Assembly (NCBI GenBank): GCA_964016885.1
Contig: OZ024742.1
Location: forward strand, 143,220,001 to 143,284,000
Source: Eledone cirrhosa
Lineage: Eukaryota
DNA length: 64,000 nt
Direction of reading: 5' to 3'
Shown here: piece by piece, positions 26,001 to 35,393 of the stretch
How the letters are laid out: the number at the start of each line of letters is the position of its first letter
Position numbering within the stretch: position 1 is the first letter of the stretch
Program-made: the position numbers and the translations under genes
Notes under the pieces: generated by a model
Told to the model about the DNA's origin: nothing
The model's input: only the letters and a program-made list of their open reading frames with translations
Database searches by the model: none

Positions 26001-26522
26001 AACTTCCAAAAGTCCCTGGCCTGGCAGTGCTACCGAGGAGCTCTACCAGTTCGAGACAAGCTCTACAGACATGGGCGCCCGGGCAGGGACCCTGCAAAAA
26101 AGATCTGTCCGAGGTGCGTGCGAGACGAAGAAACCGTCGCGCACGCATTCATACACTGCCCGGGCGTCACTGACCTGTGGGGCTATGTAGAACGACTATT
26201 GTCGCGGGTGGGACCAATCCAGTTGACCACCGAGTCCATTGTCATGATCAAACCGCCACCCTCCTTCAAAAACGAAGGAGAGGCGGTTTTCCTTTGTGTG
26301 ATAGCTATGGCGAAAGAGGTTGTATGGTGGACAAGGTTGAAAGGGCTGAGGTCAGACACCTTTCTCTCCGGCCAACAACTGATTCTTTTTTTCAAATACC
26401 ACTTTGGAAGAAGAATCAGGATGGAGAGAGAGGTGCTGTACCCCAGCAAGTTTTATGAAAGGTGGGTGAAAGTGGCGAGAATGGCCCGAGTGAATGGGCC
26501 TTCTCTCTATATCAGCCTGTAG
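23085..26522 (+). CDS. ORF2: APE endonuclease, RT, CCHC zinc finger
   Basis: NVRGL, GDWN, YLDR, SDH, GYWKLN, KSPGLDG, FRPITLLN, DQSKAFDRV, RQGCPLS, YADD, GGLG, CPRC...HAFIHC. Confidence 0.96.
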   Translation: MANIRVGCVNVRGLGMPWKQGKLLNDLRSHSLDVVAICESRIHGERQLAPIFDDFEIYASLCQPGGGGGVAVLLRKHLGLVTQTVHLDPEGRLVVLDVDGSEGGAFRLVAAYAPSGTPRPDFFKRLETFLGTSRSLLLVGDWNGILDARWDYVGACPDKGGCNSLKQLIDRFDLADRYRLDFPTAPLWTWSNRSGTSRSYLDRVLVRNKDRDMLSCPQMFMVAYSDHKLVTCMANLDRTHRQGPGYWKLNLSLPTSKAYSRRISTLVKQHLTGAIVNNRWWYSLKRAVRLDSIVFSKELALDRNRTEKELVDKVEEAIRSGNVASVLATRTALDQFFDAKHEGCVVRSKIRALGNEGAKAVSWARVTEAKSGNKSTIRSLKDQNGRVIREPKQMCAAFQRHFARLFGGSGAPGEAMDFGPYLDGLPRLSDSEAKFCEKPISATEIGDALSQCGKRKSPGLDGLPYEFYVAMPDLFSGLLEAVYCNWQQNGRIPSSVTGGVVTLIRKDENKGDDIGNFRPITLLNTELQILAKVLAKRLALVVENLVGEAQTCAIPTRSIHDNLHLMRYIIERVGCKPGFGGALINLDQSKAFDRVDHRYLDAVLEAAGFGPVFRGWIAAMHNSNICSRVKVNGYLSEPFHITRSIRQGCPLSSLLYVLTLEPLLRKLELLQGIPLEPGLRKAASAYADDVTVMVSSASQIEEVGTLLKEYESLTGAKLNRDKSIGLQLGSWRGRPMPSDGVVGRWTEGPVKLLGVWFGPDLQVEKNWNEVTAKVFALTQKWAECKLSLKGRAEVANTFIASAIYYRLTVVPCPAKTLAKMERALFRFLWKRRAPLVRRSICCQHPSNGGLGMPWLTMRKHALRLRHLYVFLTGQPVWAPFVRRAFPRLVSLTELQSWVKQRPRKMGDWHIECAQALTALWQADPAISGDSTSSFYRGLVRSKCDDALGETLGVEEDELASLFGRTFRPGPMDNFQKSLAWQCYRGALPVRDKLYRHGRPGRDPAKKICPRCVRDEETVAHAFIHCPGVTDLWGYVERLLSRVGPIQLTTESIVMIKPPPSFKNEGEAVFLCVIAMAKEVVWWTRLKGLRSDTFLSGQQLILFFKYHFGRRIRMEREVLYPSKFYERWVKVARMARVNGPSLYISL

Positions 26523-26782
26523 GTTGAGGAAAAGGAGGAGGAGAGGAAAGGAGTACAAGCTCTTCGTACTCCTGGAGATGAGGGTTGCACATTTTTTTCG
26601 GGGGTCTGTGTTACCCATATAAACTGTCTCCCTCTATTGGGGAAAATCGACTAACTTTTAAATTCCATCTGTGATAACATTTTACACGTTTTTATTGTAT
26701 GTAAACTTCCCCCTTTGTATTTGTCCCCTTCTTTTGTGCCCCTGTGGCTAATAAAGAAATATATCTATCTATCTATCTATCT

Positions 26783-27029
26783 GAGGGAGCACCCCCTCTC
26801 TGTGCTCCTGAGGAAAAGGGTTGCACACTTTTTTCGGGGGTGTGTGCGACCCCCCAAGGCGCCTCCTCTCTATTGAGGATTTTGTTAAAAATTTTATTTT
26901 TTGTTATATCTTATTTTATTTTTATATTTTGTTATTGCCTCCTCCTTATTGAGGACGCCTTTTTGTGTAAACTCCCCCCTTTGTACTTGTCCCACTTTTG
27001 ATGCCCTAGTGGCAAATAAAAGAAACATA
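26783..27029 (+). mobile_element. Tx1 3'UTR-only insertion (closer to copy C)
   Basis: gggagc...aaaagggttgcacactttt...gccctagtggcaaataaa, followed by (ATCT)n. Confidence 0.85.
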
Positions 27030-27048
27030 TCTATCTATCTATCTATCT

Positions 27049-28615
27049 GATTCTTTTTTTAAAATACCACTTTAGAAGAAGAGTCAGTAATGGTGTCGAC
27101 CGCCTCGCAAATCGAGGAAGTCGGCACCTTACTGAAGGAATACGAAAGTTTCACAGGAGCGAAGCTGAACCGGGACAAGTCCATCGGTTTGCGACTCGGG
27201 GTCTGGTTTGGTCCAGGTGGAGAAGAACTGGAACGAAGTGACGGCCAAGGTGTTTGCACTCACCCAGAAGTGGGCCGAGTGCAAACTATCCTTGAAAGGT
27301 CGAGCGGAGGTGGCGAACACTTTTATAGCGTCCGCCATCTACTACCGCTTGATCGTCGTGCCTTGTCCAGCCAAAACGCTCGCCAAAATGGAACGCGCGC
27401 TCTTCCAATTCCTTTGGAAGAGGCGGGCTCCTTTGGTGAGAAGATCCATCTGCTGCCAACACCCTTCTAACGGAGGGCTGGGGATGCCGTGGTTGACGAT
27501 GCGCAAACACGCGCTCAGGCTGCGGCATCTCTACGTATTCCTCACCGGACAACCGGTGTGGGCCCCGTTCGTGAGGCGAGCCTTCCCACGACTCGTCTCG
27601 CTGACCGAGCTGTAGTCCTGGGTCAAGCAAAGACCGAGGAAAATGGGCGACTGGCACATCGAATGTGCTCAGTCGCTCACAGCCCTCTGGCAGGCGGACC
27701 CGGCGATCAGTGGAGACTCCACTTCGTCATTCTATAGAGGGTTGATCCGCAGCAAGTGCGACGACGCGCTCGGTGAAACTCTAGGCGTAGAGGAAGATGA
27801 ACTGGCCAGTCTGTTCGGTAGGACCTTCCGCCCGGGACCGATGGACAACTTCCAAACGTCCCTGGCCTGGCAGTGCTACCGAGGAGCTCTACCAGTTCGA
27901 GACAAGCTCTACAGACATGGGCGCCCGGGCAGGGACCCTGCAAAAAAGATCTGTCCGAAGTGCGTGCGAGACGAAGAAACCGTCGCGCACGCATTCATAC
28001 ACTGCCCGGGCGTCACTGACCTGTGGGGTTATGTAGAACGACTATTGTCGCGGGTGGGACCAATCCGGTTGACCACCGAGTCTATTGTCATGATCAAACC
28101 GCCACCCTCAAACCGCCATCAAAAACGAAGGAGAGGCGGTTTTCCTTTATGTGATAGCTATGGCGAAAGAGGTTGTATGGTGGACAAGGTTGAAAGGGCT
28201 GAGGTCAGACACCTTTCTCTCCGGCCAACAACTGATTCTTTTTTTCAAATACCACTTTGGAAGAAGAATCAGGATGGAGAGAGAGGTGCTGTACCCCAGC
28301 AAGTTTTATGAAAGGTGGGTGAAAGTGGCGAGAATGGCCCGAGTGAATGGGCCTTCTCTCTATATCAGCCTGTAGGTTGAGGAAAAGGAGGAGGAGAGGA
28401 AAGGGGTACAAACTCTTCGTACTCCTGAAGATGAGGGTTGCACATTTTTTCGGGTGAATGTGTTACCCATATAAACTGTCTCCCCCTATTGGGGAAAATC
28501 GACTAACTTTTTAAATTGCATTTGTGATAACATTTTACACGTTTTTATTGTATGTAAACTTCCCCCTTTGTATTTGTCCCCTTCTTTTGTGCCCCTGTGG
28601 CTAATAAAGAAACAT
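27049..28615 (+). mobile_element. 5'-truncated Tx1 copy, nearly identical to A
   Basis: Matches about 25157-26762 with internal deletions, a stop and a frameshift. Ends in (ATCT)n. Confidence 0.93.
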
Positions 28616-28657
28616 ATCTATCTATCTATGTAAGTATGTATGTATGTAGGTATGTAT

Positions 28658-29191
28658 TTGACTGCCGAGTCCATAGTAAGGATCAAACCGCCAACTTCTT
28701 TCAAAAACGAAAGAGAGGCGGTTTTCCTCTGTACAGTGGCTATGGTGAAAGAGGTTATATGGTGGACGAGATTGAGAGGACTGAGGACAGATGCCTTTCT
28801 CTCCAGACAACAACTCATTCCCTTCTTTAGATACCACTTTAGAAGGAGAATCAGAATGGAGAGAGAGGCACTGCACCCCAGTAAATTTACTGAAAGGTGG
28901 GTGAATGTGGCAAAAATGGCCCGAGTGATTGGGCCTTCTCTGTATATAAACCTGTAGGTTAAAGAAGAGAGCAAAAGGAAGAAGGGAGCACTTGCACAAC
29001 ACGCTCCTGAAGTTGAGGGTTGTTCTATCGACGGGGTATTAAACAACCCATTTGTGGCGCCTCCCCTCTATTGGGGATTTCGATTGTTATAATTGTTTGT
29101 TTCAATATTTTTACACGACTGTATGTACAATCCCAGGCATGTGTCTTTGTATTGTCCCCTTTTATTGTGCGCCCTTGTGGCAAATAAAGAA
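28658..29191 (+). mobile_element. 5'-truncated Tx1 copy of another subfamily
   Basis: LTAESIVRIKPP...ARVIGPSLYINL*, then 3'UTR and (ATCT)n. Confidence 0.9.
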
Positions 29192-29774
29192 ATCTATCTA
29201 TCTATCTATCTATCTATCTATATAGCTAGCTAGCTATCTGTATATCTATCTATATATCTATTTGCTCTTGTATCAAATAAAGAAATCTATCTGTATATCT
29301 ATTTAAACTATCAGTCAACAATAATCGCACTACCTCTACTACAAACATCACAGCCACCTTCATCAGCATCGTCATCATTATCACTCCTACTATAAAACCA
29401 CCACCACTACCATCACCACCACCACCACCACCACCACCCTCCTCATCACCTCTATTTCAATCCTTTCATCTATAATCTTCGTCAGTAAAAAATATATCTT
29501 TTCTATCTCTGTCTCTCAATTTGATGTTATATCTCTTTAACCTCTCTCACTCTCTCTCTGTATCCATCTTTGTCTATCTCTATGCCCCACTAAATCGGAC
29601 TATCTGACCCTCTCTTTCTCACTTTCTCTATCTTTCCCTCAGTTTGTTTTTGCATTTCTTTTTCTATGTAGGTATGATATGTCAGTCTCTAAATGTTGAT
29701 ATATGTGTCATATTTATATAGAACACAAATACTCGACACTAACATTTAATATTTCATAAATATTTTACATTAGC

Positions 29775-29860
29775 ATAACCTCGTGGTTAGAGTATTTGAC
29801 ACACGGTTGTGGATTCGATTCCTGGGCAGGGCGGCGCGTTGTGTTTTTGAGCAAGCCACC
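29775..29860 (+). mobile_element. tRNA-headed SINE 5' fragment
   Basis: gtggttagag...ggattcgattcc...gcgttgtgtttttgagcaag. Confidence 0.6.
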
Positions 29861-29879
29861 GAATAATGATAATAATGAT

Positions 29880-30217
29880 TTCTACTATAGGCACAAGGCC
29901 AGTAATTTTTTTTTTGGGGGGGGGGTCGATCATATCGACCCCAGTTTGTGACTGGTACTTTATTTTATCGACCCCGTAAGGATGAAAAGCAAAGTTAACC
30001 TCGGCGGGATTTGAATTCAGATCATAAAGAGCCGTAACTCTCTGCTACAAAGCATGGTGTCTGACCCTCTACCGATACTGCCAATCCACCGCCCTTGATG
30101 ATAATAATAATAATAATTGTTTCTGCTTTCGACCTTAGTGCATTACTAGCACTTTATTTATCGACCCCGTAAGGATGAAAGACAAAGTTAACCTAGGCGG
30201 GATTTGAATTCAGAACG
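29880..30217 (-). mobile_element. Two tandem SINE family 1 copies (29880-30096 full, 30118-30217 partial)
   Basis: atcgaccccgtaaggatgaaa...ggcgggatttgaa...ctgccaatccaccgccc, with (TAA)n tails. Confidence 0.88.
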
Positions 30218-31225
30218 TGTGCCCATAAAGATGGCAACGAGGTATCTTCCCTTCAACACTGATATCGAATTCTACTCCCCCTGGCAAGTTTTGTGGTTTG
30301 ATGTGGAGGAGTACCTCCACACTGATCTCAGACTAGTTTTCTCTTTTAGTAATCTTCACCTCGAGAAAGGTTTCGCTTCCCATGATGACCACGCAAGCTA
30401 GGATTTATCAGATATCCAGCTCTGGCGGGATTCCTGCAATTCTGACCTTTACGGTCCTTCTTCCAAGGTACGCTGGATAGAATACGAATTTGTCTGTCTG
30501 GCAGAGGACCATAGAATGTTTCACGACTAGGGTTTCACTCTTGAGCATTGAAGTTATACCATACTGCCTCACTTTAGCAATGTGCTGGTGCTCCAGCAAT
30601 GTGGTTTTCTGTAGTTTTCAACCTCATGTGGAGGTACTGCCCCCGAACGTCTAGTTTTTATCGAAACACATTTATAGGTAAGAGTCATTTTCGCAGTTGT
30701 TGCCCACACCTCAGGCGAGACGGCTATGTCAGCTTTAGTTTTGTCCAATTTCACAAGTTTGGTTGGTTGTGCCAAACAGATGTCTTTGTTCAAAATGTCG
30801 AAATTGAACATTTAGGGGTGATTAGCAGCCGCTCCATGTGAATGTGTTGTTGTTAATGTTGTTTTTGTTGATGTTGTTATTGTTGCTCGTGTTGTTGTTG
30901 TTGCTCGTGTTGTTGTTGTTGTTATTTTCGTTGTTTGATTCTGTTATATTTGTTGTGGCAGAGGTGTTTGTGGTGTTGGTACTGGTGTTAGTTTGATGGT
31001 GTTGGTGGTGGAGGAAGCAGCGTTCTTGCTAGTATTGTTGTCGCTTTTAGTTGTTATTATTTTCTTTTGTTGTTGTTGTGATGGTGGTGGCGGTGTTGAA
31101 GCTCACGCAGATACTGGTTAGTTTAACAGCAAAACAGTAACAAAGCTCAATACATACAATATGTTGAATAACTGTGAAAATAGAACAAACTTACAGGAGC
31201 GATGTGAACTACCCCTCGAAAGATT
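30218..31225 (-). pseudogene. Decayed 5' part of a Tx1 element (copy D: 5'UTR + ORF1 N-half)
   Basis: RQYG...LKSETLVVKHSM...FYPAYLGRRTVKVRIAGIPPELDI, homologous to ORF1 of copy B. Asn/Thr-rich N-terminus. Confidence 0.8.
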
Positions 31226-31257
31226 CAACAACAAAGATAGTAATAATAAAAATAATG

Positions 31258-31640
31258 GTTTCTGATTAAGGCGCAAGGCCAATAATTTTTAGGGTGGGGA
31301 AAGTTGATTAAATTGACCCCTGTGTGTTACTGGTGCTTAATTTTATCGACCCCGTAAGGATGAAAAGCAAAGTTAACCTCTGCGGGATTTGAGCTCAGAA
31401 CGCAAAGGGCCATAACTCTATACTGCAAAGCAGGGTGTTCGACGCTCTATCGATTCTGCCAATACACCGTCCTTATATAATAATAATAATAATGTTTCTA
31501 CTTTTGGCACAAGGTCAGCAATTACCCCAGTGCATTATTGGTGCTTTATTTTATCGACCCCATAAGGATGAAAGGCAAAGTTAACCTCGGCTGGATTTGA
31601 ACGCAGAACGAAAAGGGCCATAACTCTATTTTGCAAAGCA
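31258..31640 (-). mobile_element. Two tandem SINE family 1 copies (31258-31473, 31494-31640)
   Basis: Same diagnostic motifs, separated by (TAA)n. Confidence 0.88.
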
Positions 31641-31660
31641 TAATAATAATAATAATAATA

Positions 31661-31691
<31 letters not shown>

Positions 31692-31944
31692 TGATTTCAT
31701 TTATTGGCCACAAGGGCCGACATATAGGGGACAACACAATAGACAGGGACAGTGGGGGTTTACATAGAGATCGAGTAAGTATAAATAACAAAAAACAAAA
31801 TAACAATAAAAATACAACAATGAAAGTTCCCCAATAAGAGGGATCACCACCCAGGGTTGACTCAAGCACCCCACCAGTCCTGAGCCACCCGACGCTCCTA
31901 GGGCACCCGGGAAGGGCACCCCTCTCCTTCTCGAATTCACCAGC

Positions 31945-34900
31945 CTACAGGCGCATGATCAGAGTAGGCCCACTCACGCGGGCCATTCTCGCCACATTCA
32001 CCCACCTTTCAGTAAATGTACTGGGGGGCAGCACTTCTCTCTCCACCCTCACCTTCCTTTCCAAGTGAAACTTGAAGAAGTTGATGAGGGATTGGCCGAA
32101 GAGAAAAGTGTCTGTCTTCAGTCCTTTCAACCTGGTCCACCATGCAACCTCTTTCGCTACTGCCACCAGGCAGAGGAAAATTGCCTGCCCTTCCTGACCA
32201 AAAGAAGGCGGCGGGTCAATCTTCACTATGGACTCGGACGATAGCCGGATCCGTTCTACACGCGACAATAGCTGTTCGACATAACCCCACAAGTCAGCAA
32301 TGCACGGACACTGGACGAGTGCGTGCAGAACGGTTTCGTCGCTCTGCGCGCATCTCGGGCAGGTTCGTCTGACAGCACTTCCGTGCCTGTAGAGTTTATC
32401 CCGAACCGGCAGCGCCCCCCGGTAGCACTGCCAAGCGAGGGATTTCTGGAAGTTATCCATCGTCCCCGGTTCGAAAGTCCTCCGGAACATACTGGTCAGT
32501 TCTACTTCGTTGACGCCCAGAGCCTCTCCTAGTACGTCATCGCACTTGCCCTCCACTAATCCTCTATAGAAATCTTGAGTGGAAGTTCCACTGACCGCAT
32601 TGCCCACCTTGCAGAGTGCAGTGAGCGCCTGGCAACATTCCAGATGCCAGTCGCCCAGTCTCGGTCTCTTCTTGACCCAGGACTGCAGCTCAGTCAAAGA
32701 GATGAGCTGCGGAAAGGCCCGTCTAACAAACGGCGACCACACCTGTTCACCGTTTAGGCAAAATATCTGGAGATGTCGCAGCCTCAGCGCATGTCTGCGC
32801 ATCATTAGCCACGGCATGCCCAGCCCTCCACGAAGAGGGTGCTGGCAGCAGATGGACCGCCTCACCAACGGGACCCGTCCCCTCCACAAAAATTTGAAAA
32901 GGAGCCGTTCCAAATTGGCGAGGCGTGGACGGGGGCAAGGCACGACGGTCAGGCGGTAGTAGATGACGGACGCGATGTACGCGTTCGCCACCTCCGCCCG
33001 CCCTTTCAGTGATAGCTTTCTCTCAGCCCATTTCTGGGTGAGGTTGGCTATCCTGCTCGTCACCTCGTCCCAATTCTTATCCACCTGGAGGTCTGGTCCG
33101 AACCAAACCCCGAGCAACTTTACCGGTCCGTCTGTCCAGCGCCCAACGACGCTGTTGGACGGCATGGACTTGCCTCTCCAGGTGCCGAGCTGCAAGCCCA
33201 CCGACTTTTCCGGGTTAAGTTTTGCTCCCGTCAACCTTTCATATTCCTCCAAATGGGTGCGGATCACCTCGATTTCCGAGGTGTCCGACACCATCACGGT
33301 GATGTCGTCCGCATAAGCGGACGCAGCCTTTCTGCGTCCCGGTTCGAGCGGGATGCCCTGCAACAACTCCAGCTTCCGCAGTAGAGGCTCAAGAGTCAAT
33401 ACGTACAGAAGTGAGGAGAGAGGGCACCCCTGACGGACCGATCGAGAGATCTGAAACGGTTCCGAGAGGTGGCCATTAACTTTGACCACCGAGCAGATGC
33501 CGCTGTACATTGCAGCGATCCAGCTTCTGAAGACGGGGCCGAAGCCAGCCGCCTCGAGGACAGCCTCCAAGTACCGATGGTCGACCCTATCGAATGCTTT
33601 CGATTGATCTAAATTGATCAGAGCCCCACCGAAGCCAGGTTTGCACCCAACCCTCTCTATGATGTATCGCATGAGGTGGAGGTTGTCGTGTATGGACCTG
33701 GTCGGGATTGCGCAAGTTTGCGCCTCCCCAACCAAATCTTTGACGACAAGCGCCAACCTTTTCGCTAACATCTTGGCCAAAATCTTAAACTCTGTGTTGA
33801 GCAGGGTTATGGGCCTGAAATTATCTAGTGTGTCCCTCTTGTTCTCGTCTTTCCTTATCAGCGTCACTACGCCACGGCTCACAGAACTGGGAATGCTCCC
33901 GTTCTGCTGCCAGTTGCAGTAGAGCGCTTCGAGGAGATCGGAGAACAAGTCTGGCATATTTACGTAAAGCTCGTAGGGCAGACCATCCAAACCGGGTGAC
34001 TTGCGACTCGAGCAGCCGACAAGGGCGTCCTGAATTTCGACTGATGTTATCGGCTCTTCGCAGCGCTCAGCGTCGGCCGTCGAGAGGCGTGGCAAGCCGT
34101 CGAGGTAGGGACTGAAGTCCGCCGCCGTCTCCGACTCACCCATCCTCCCGAACAATCGAGCAAAGTGCTGGCGAAAGGCCTCACACATCTGCTTGGAATC
34201 GCTCAGTTCGTGTCCATCTCGATCCGTCAAAGACCGAATTGTGGTTTTATTTCCACGCTGCGTCTCTGCAAAGCGAGCCCATCGGGCAGCTTTGGTTCCC
34301 TCGTTCCTCAGAGCACGCGCCTTAGCTCTGACAATGCAACCTTCGTGTTTCGCATTGAAGAAATGGTCTAGTGCCATTCTCGCCGCTAGCACGCCTGTTG
34401 CAATGCCACTACAAATAGCCTCGTCTAACTTAGCTATCAGCCCCTCCTCCTTTCTATTTTTCTCTATTGCTACTTCTTTGCTAAATCCTATCGAGGTTGC
34501 TCTAATCTCTCTTTTGAGTGCCCCCCACCACCTGTTGTTGACAACCCCCCCTGTCAACTTTTGCTTAACTAAGTTGTTGACCCGGTCCCTGTAAGCTTTA
34601 CGTGCCGGAAACGACATGTTTAGCTTCCAGTAGCTAGGTCCTAACCTACGTGTCTTATCTAGGTCGACCATACAGATCACAAGCTTGTGATCTGAATAGG
34701 CAACCGTTTTAAAATGTGGACATCCTACACTATTTCTATCTCTTTTCCTAATGAAAATCCTATCTATGTACGATCTAGATGACCCTATGCGATTGGTCCA
34801 GGTCCATACTGGCGCATTAGGGAAATCTAGTCGGTACCTGTCAGACAGTTGAAACTGGCTGATCAGGTACTTGAGGCTTTTGCACCCCCCGCTCCTATCA

Positions 34901-35364
34901 GATACTCCCACACAATCCCAGCGTGCTTCTAAGATGCCATTCCAATCCCCTATTAACAGTAAAGGGCGAGACGTAAGCAGAAAGTTTTCCAGGCGCCTAA
35001 AGAAGTCCGGCCGACCGGCCCCAGTAGGGGCGTAGACGGCCACCAGTCTAAAGGCACCACCTTCGCTATTGCTCACGTCCAGGACCACCAACTTTCCGTC
35101 AGGATCCCGGAAGATTGACCTTACCTCGAGATCCAGACATTTCCTAAACAGCACAGCCACTCCACCTCCCATTCCCGGCCGACTAACAGATGCAAAGATC
35201 TGATAATCGTCGAAAATCGGCGCCAGTGCGCGTGTGTCGGAAATTCTGGTCTCGCTGATGGCAATTACATCCATTCCTAGTGACCTGAGGTCGTTGAGCA
35301 AGTGACCTTGCTTCCAGGGCGACCCCAGGCCACGAACATTTAAACTTCCTACTCTTATGGCCAT
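31945..35364 (-). CDS. ORF2: APE endonuclease, RT, CCHC zinc finger
   Basis: 1139 aa, collinear with ORF2 of copy A. YADD; CPRCAQSDETVLHALVQC. Confidence 0.96.
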   Translation of the reverse strand: MAIRVGSLNVRGLGSPWKQGHLLNDLRSLGMDVIAISETRISDTRALAPIFDDYQIFASVSRPGMGGGVAVLFRKCLDLEVRSIFRDPDGKLVVLDVSNSEGGAFRLVAVYAPTGAGRPDFFRRLENFLLTSRPLLLIGDWNGILEARWDCVGVSDRSGGCKSLKYLISQFQLSDRYRLDFPNAPVWTWTNRIGSSRSYIDRIFIRKRDRNSVGCPHFKTVAYSDHKLVICMVDLDKTRRLGPSYWKLNMSFPARKAYRDRVNNLVKQKLTGGVVNNRWWGALKREIRATSIGFSKEVAIEKNRKEEGLIAKLDEAICSGIATGVLAARMALDHFFNAKHEGCIVRAKARALRNEGTKAARWARFAETQRGNKTTIRSLTDRDGHELSDSKQMCEAFRQHFARLFGRMGESETAADFSPYLDGLPRLSTADAERCEEPITSVEIQDALVGCSSRKSPGLDGLPYELYVNMPDLFSDLLEALYCNWQQNGSIPSSVSRGVVTLIRKDENKRDTLDNFRPITLLNTEFKILAKMLAKRLALVVKDLVGEAQTCAIPTRSIHDNLHLMRYIIERVGCKPGFGGALINLDQSKAFDRVDHRYLEAVLEAAGFGPVFRSWIAAMYSGICSVVKVNGHLSEPFQISRSVRQGCPLSSLLYVLTLEPLLRKLELLQGIPLEPGRRKAASAYADDITVMVSDTSEIEVIRTHLEEYERLTGAKLNPEKSVGLQLGTWRGKSMPSNSVVGRWTDGPVKLLGVWFGPDLQVDKNWDEVTSRIANLTQKWAERKLSLKGRAEVANAYIASVIYYRLTVVPCPRPRLANLERLLFKFLWRGRVPLVRRSICCQHPLRGGLGMPWLMMRRHALRLRHLQIFCLNGEQVWSPFVRRAFPQLISLTELQSWVKKRPRLGDWHLECCQALTALCKVGNAVSGTSTQDFYRGLVEGKCDDVLGEALGVNEVELTSMFRRTFEPGTMDNFQKSLAWQCYRGALPVRDKLYRHGSAVRRTCPRCAQSDETVLHALVQCPCIADLWGYVEQLLSRVERIRLSSESIVKIDPPPSFGQEGQAIFLCLVAVAKEVAWWTRLKGLKTDTFLFGQSLINFFKFHLERKVRVEREVLPPSTFTERWVNVARMARVSGPTLIMRL

Positions 35365-35393
35365 GCTGGCAGGATGAATGGGAGAGGAAAGGT

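Larger units (their letters stand above)
20918..26762 (+). mobile_element. Full-length Tx1/L1-clade non-LTR retrotransposon (copy A), intact
   Basis: 5'UTR, ORF1, ORF2, and a 3'UTR with AATAAA. (TCTA)n on both sides. Confidence 0.93.
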
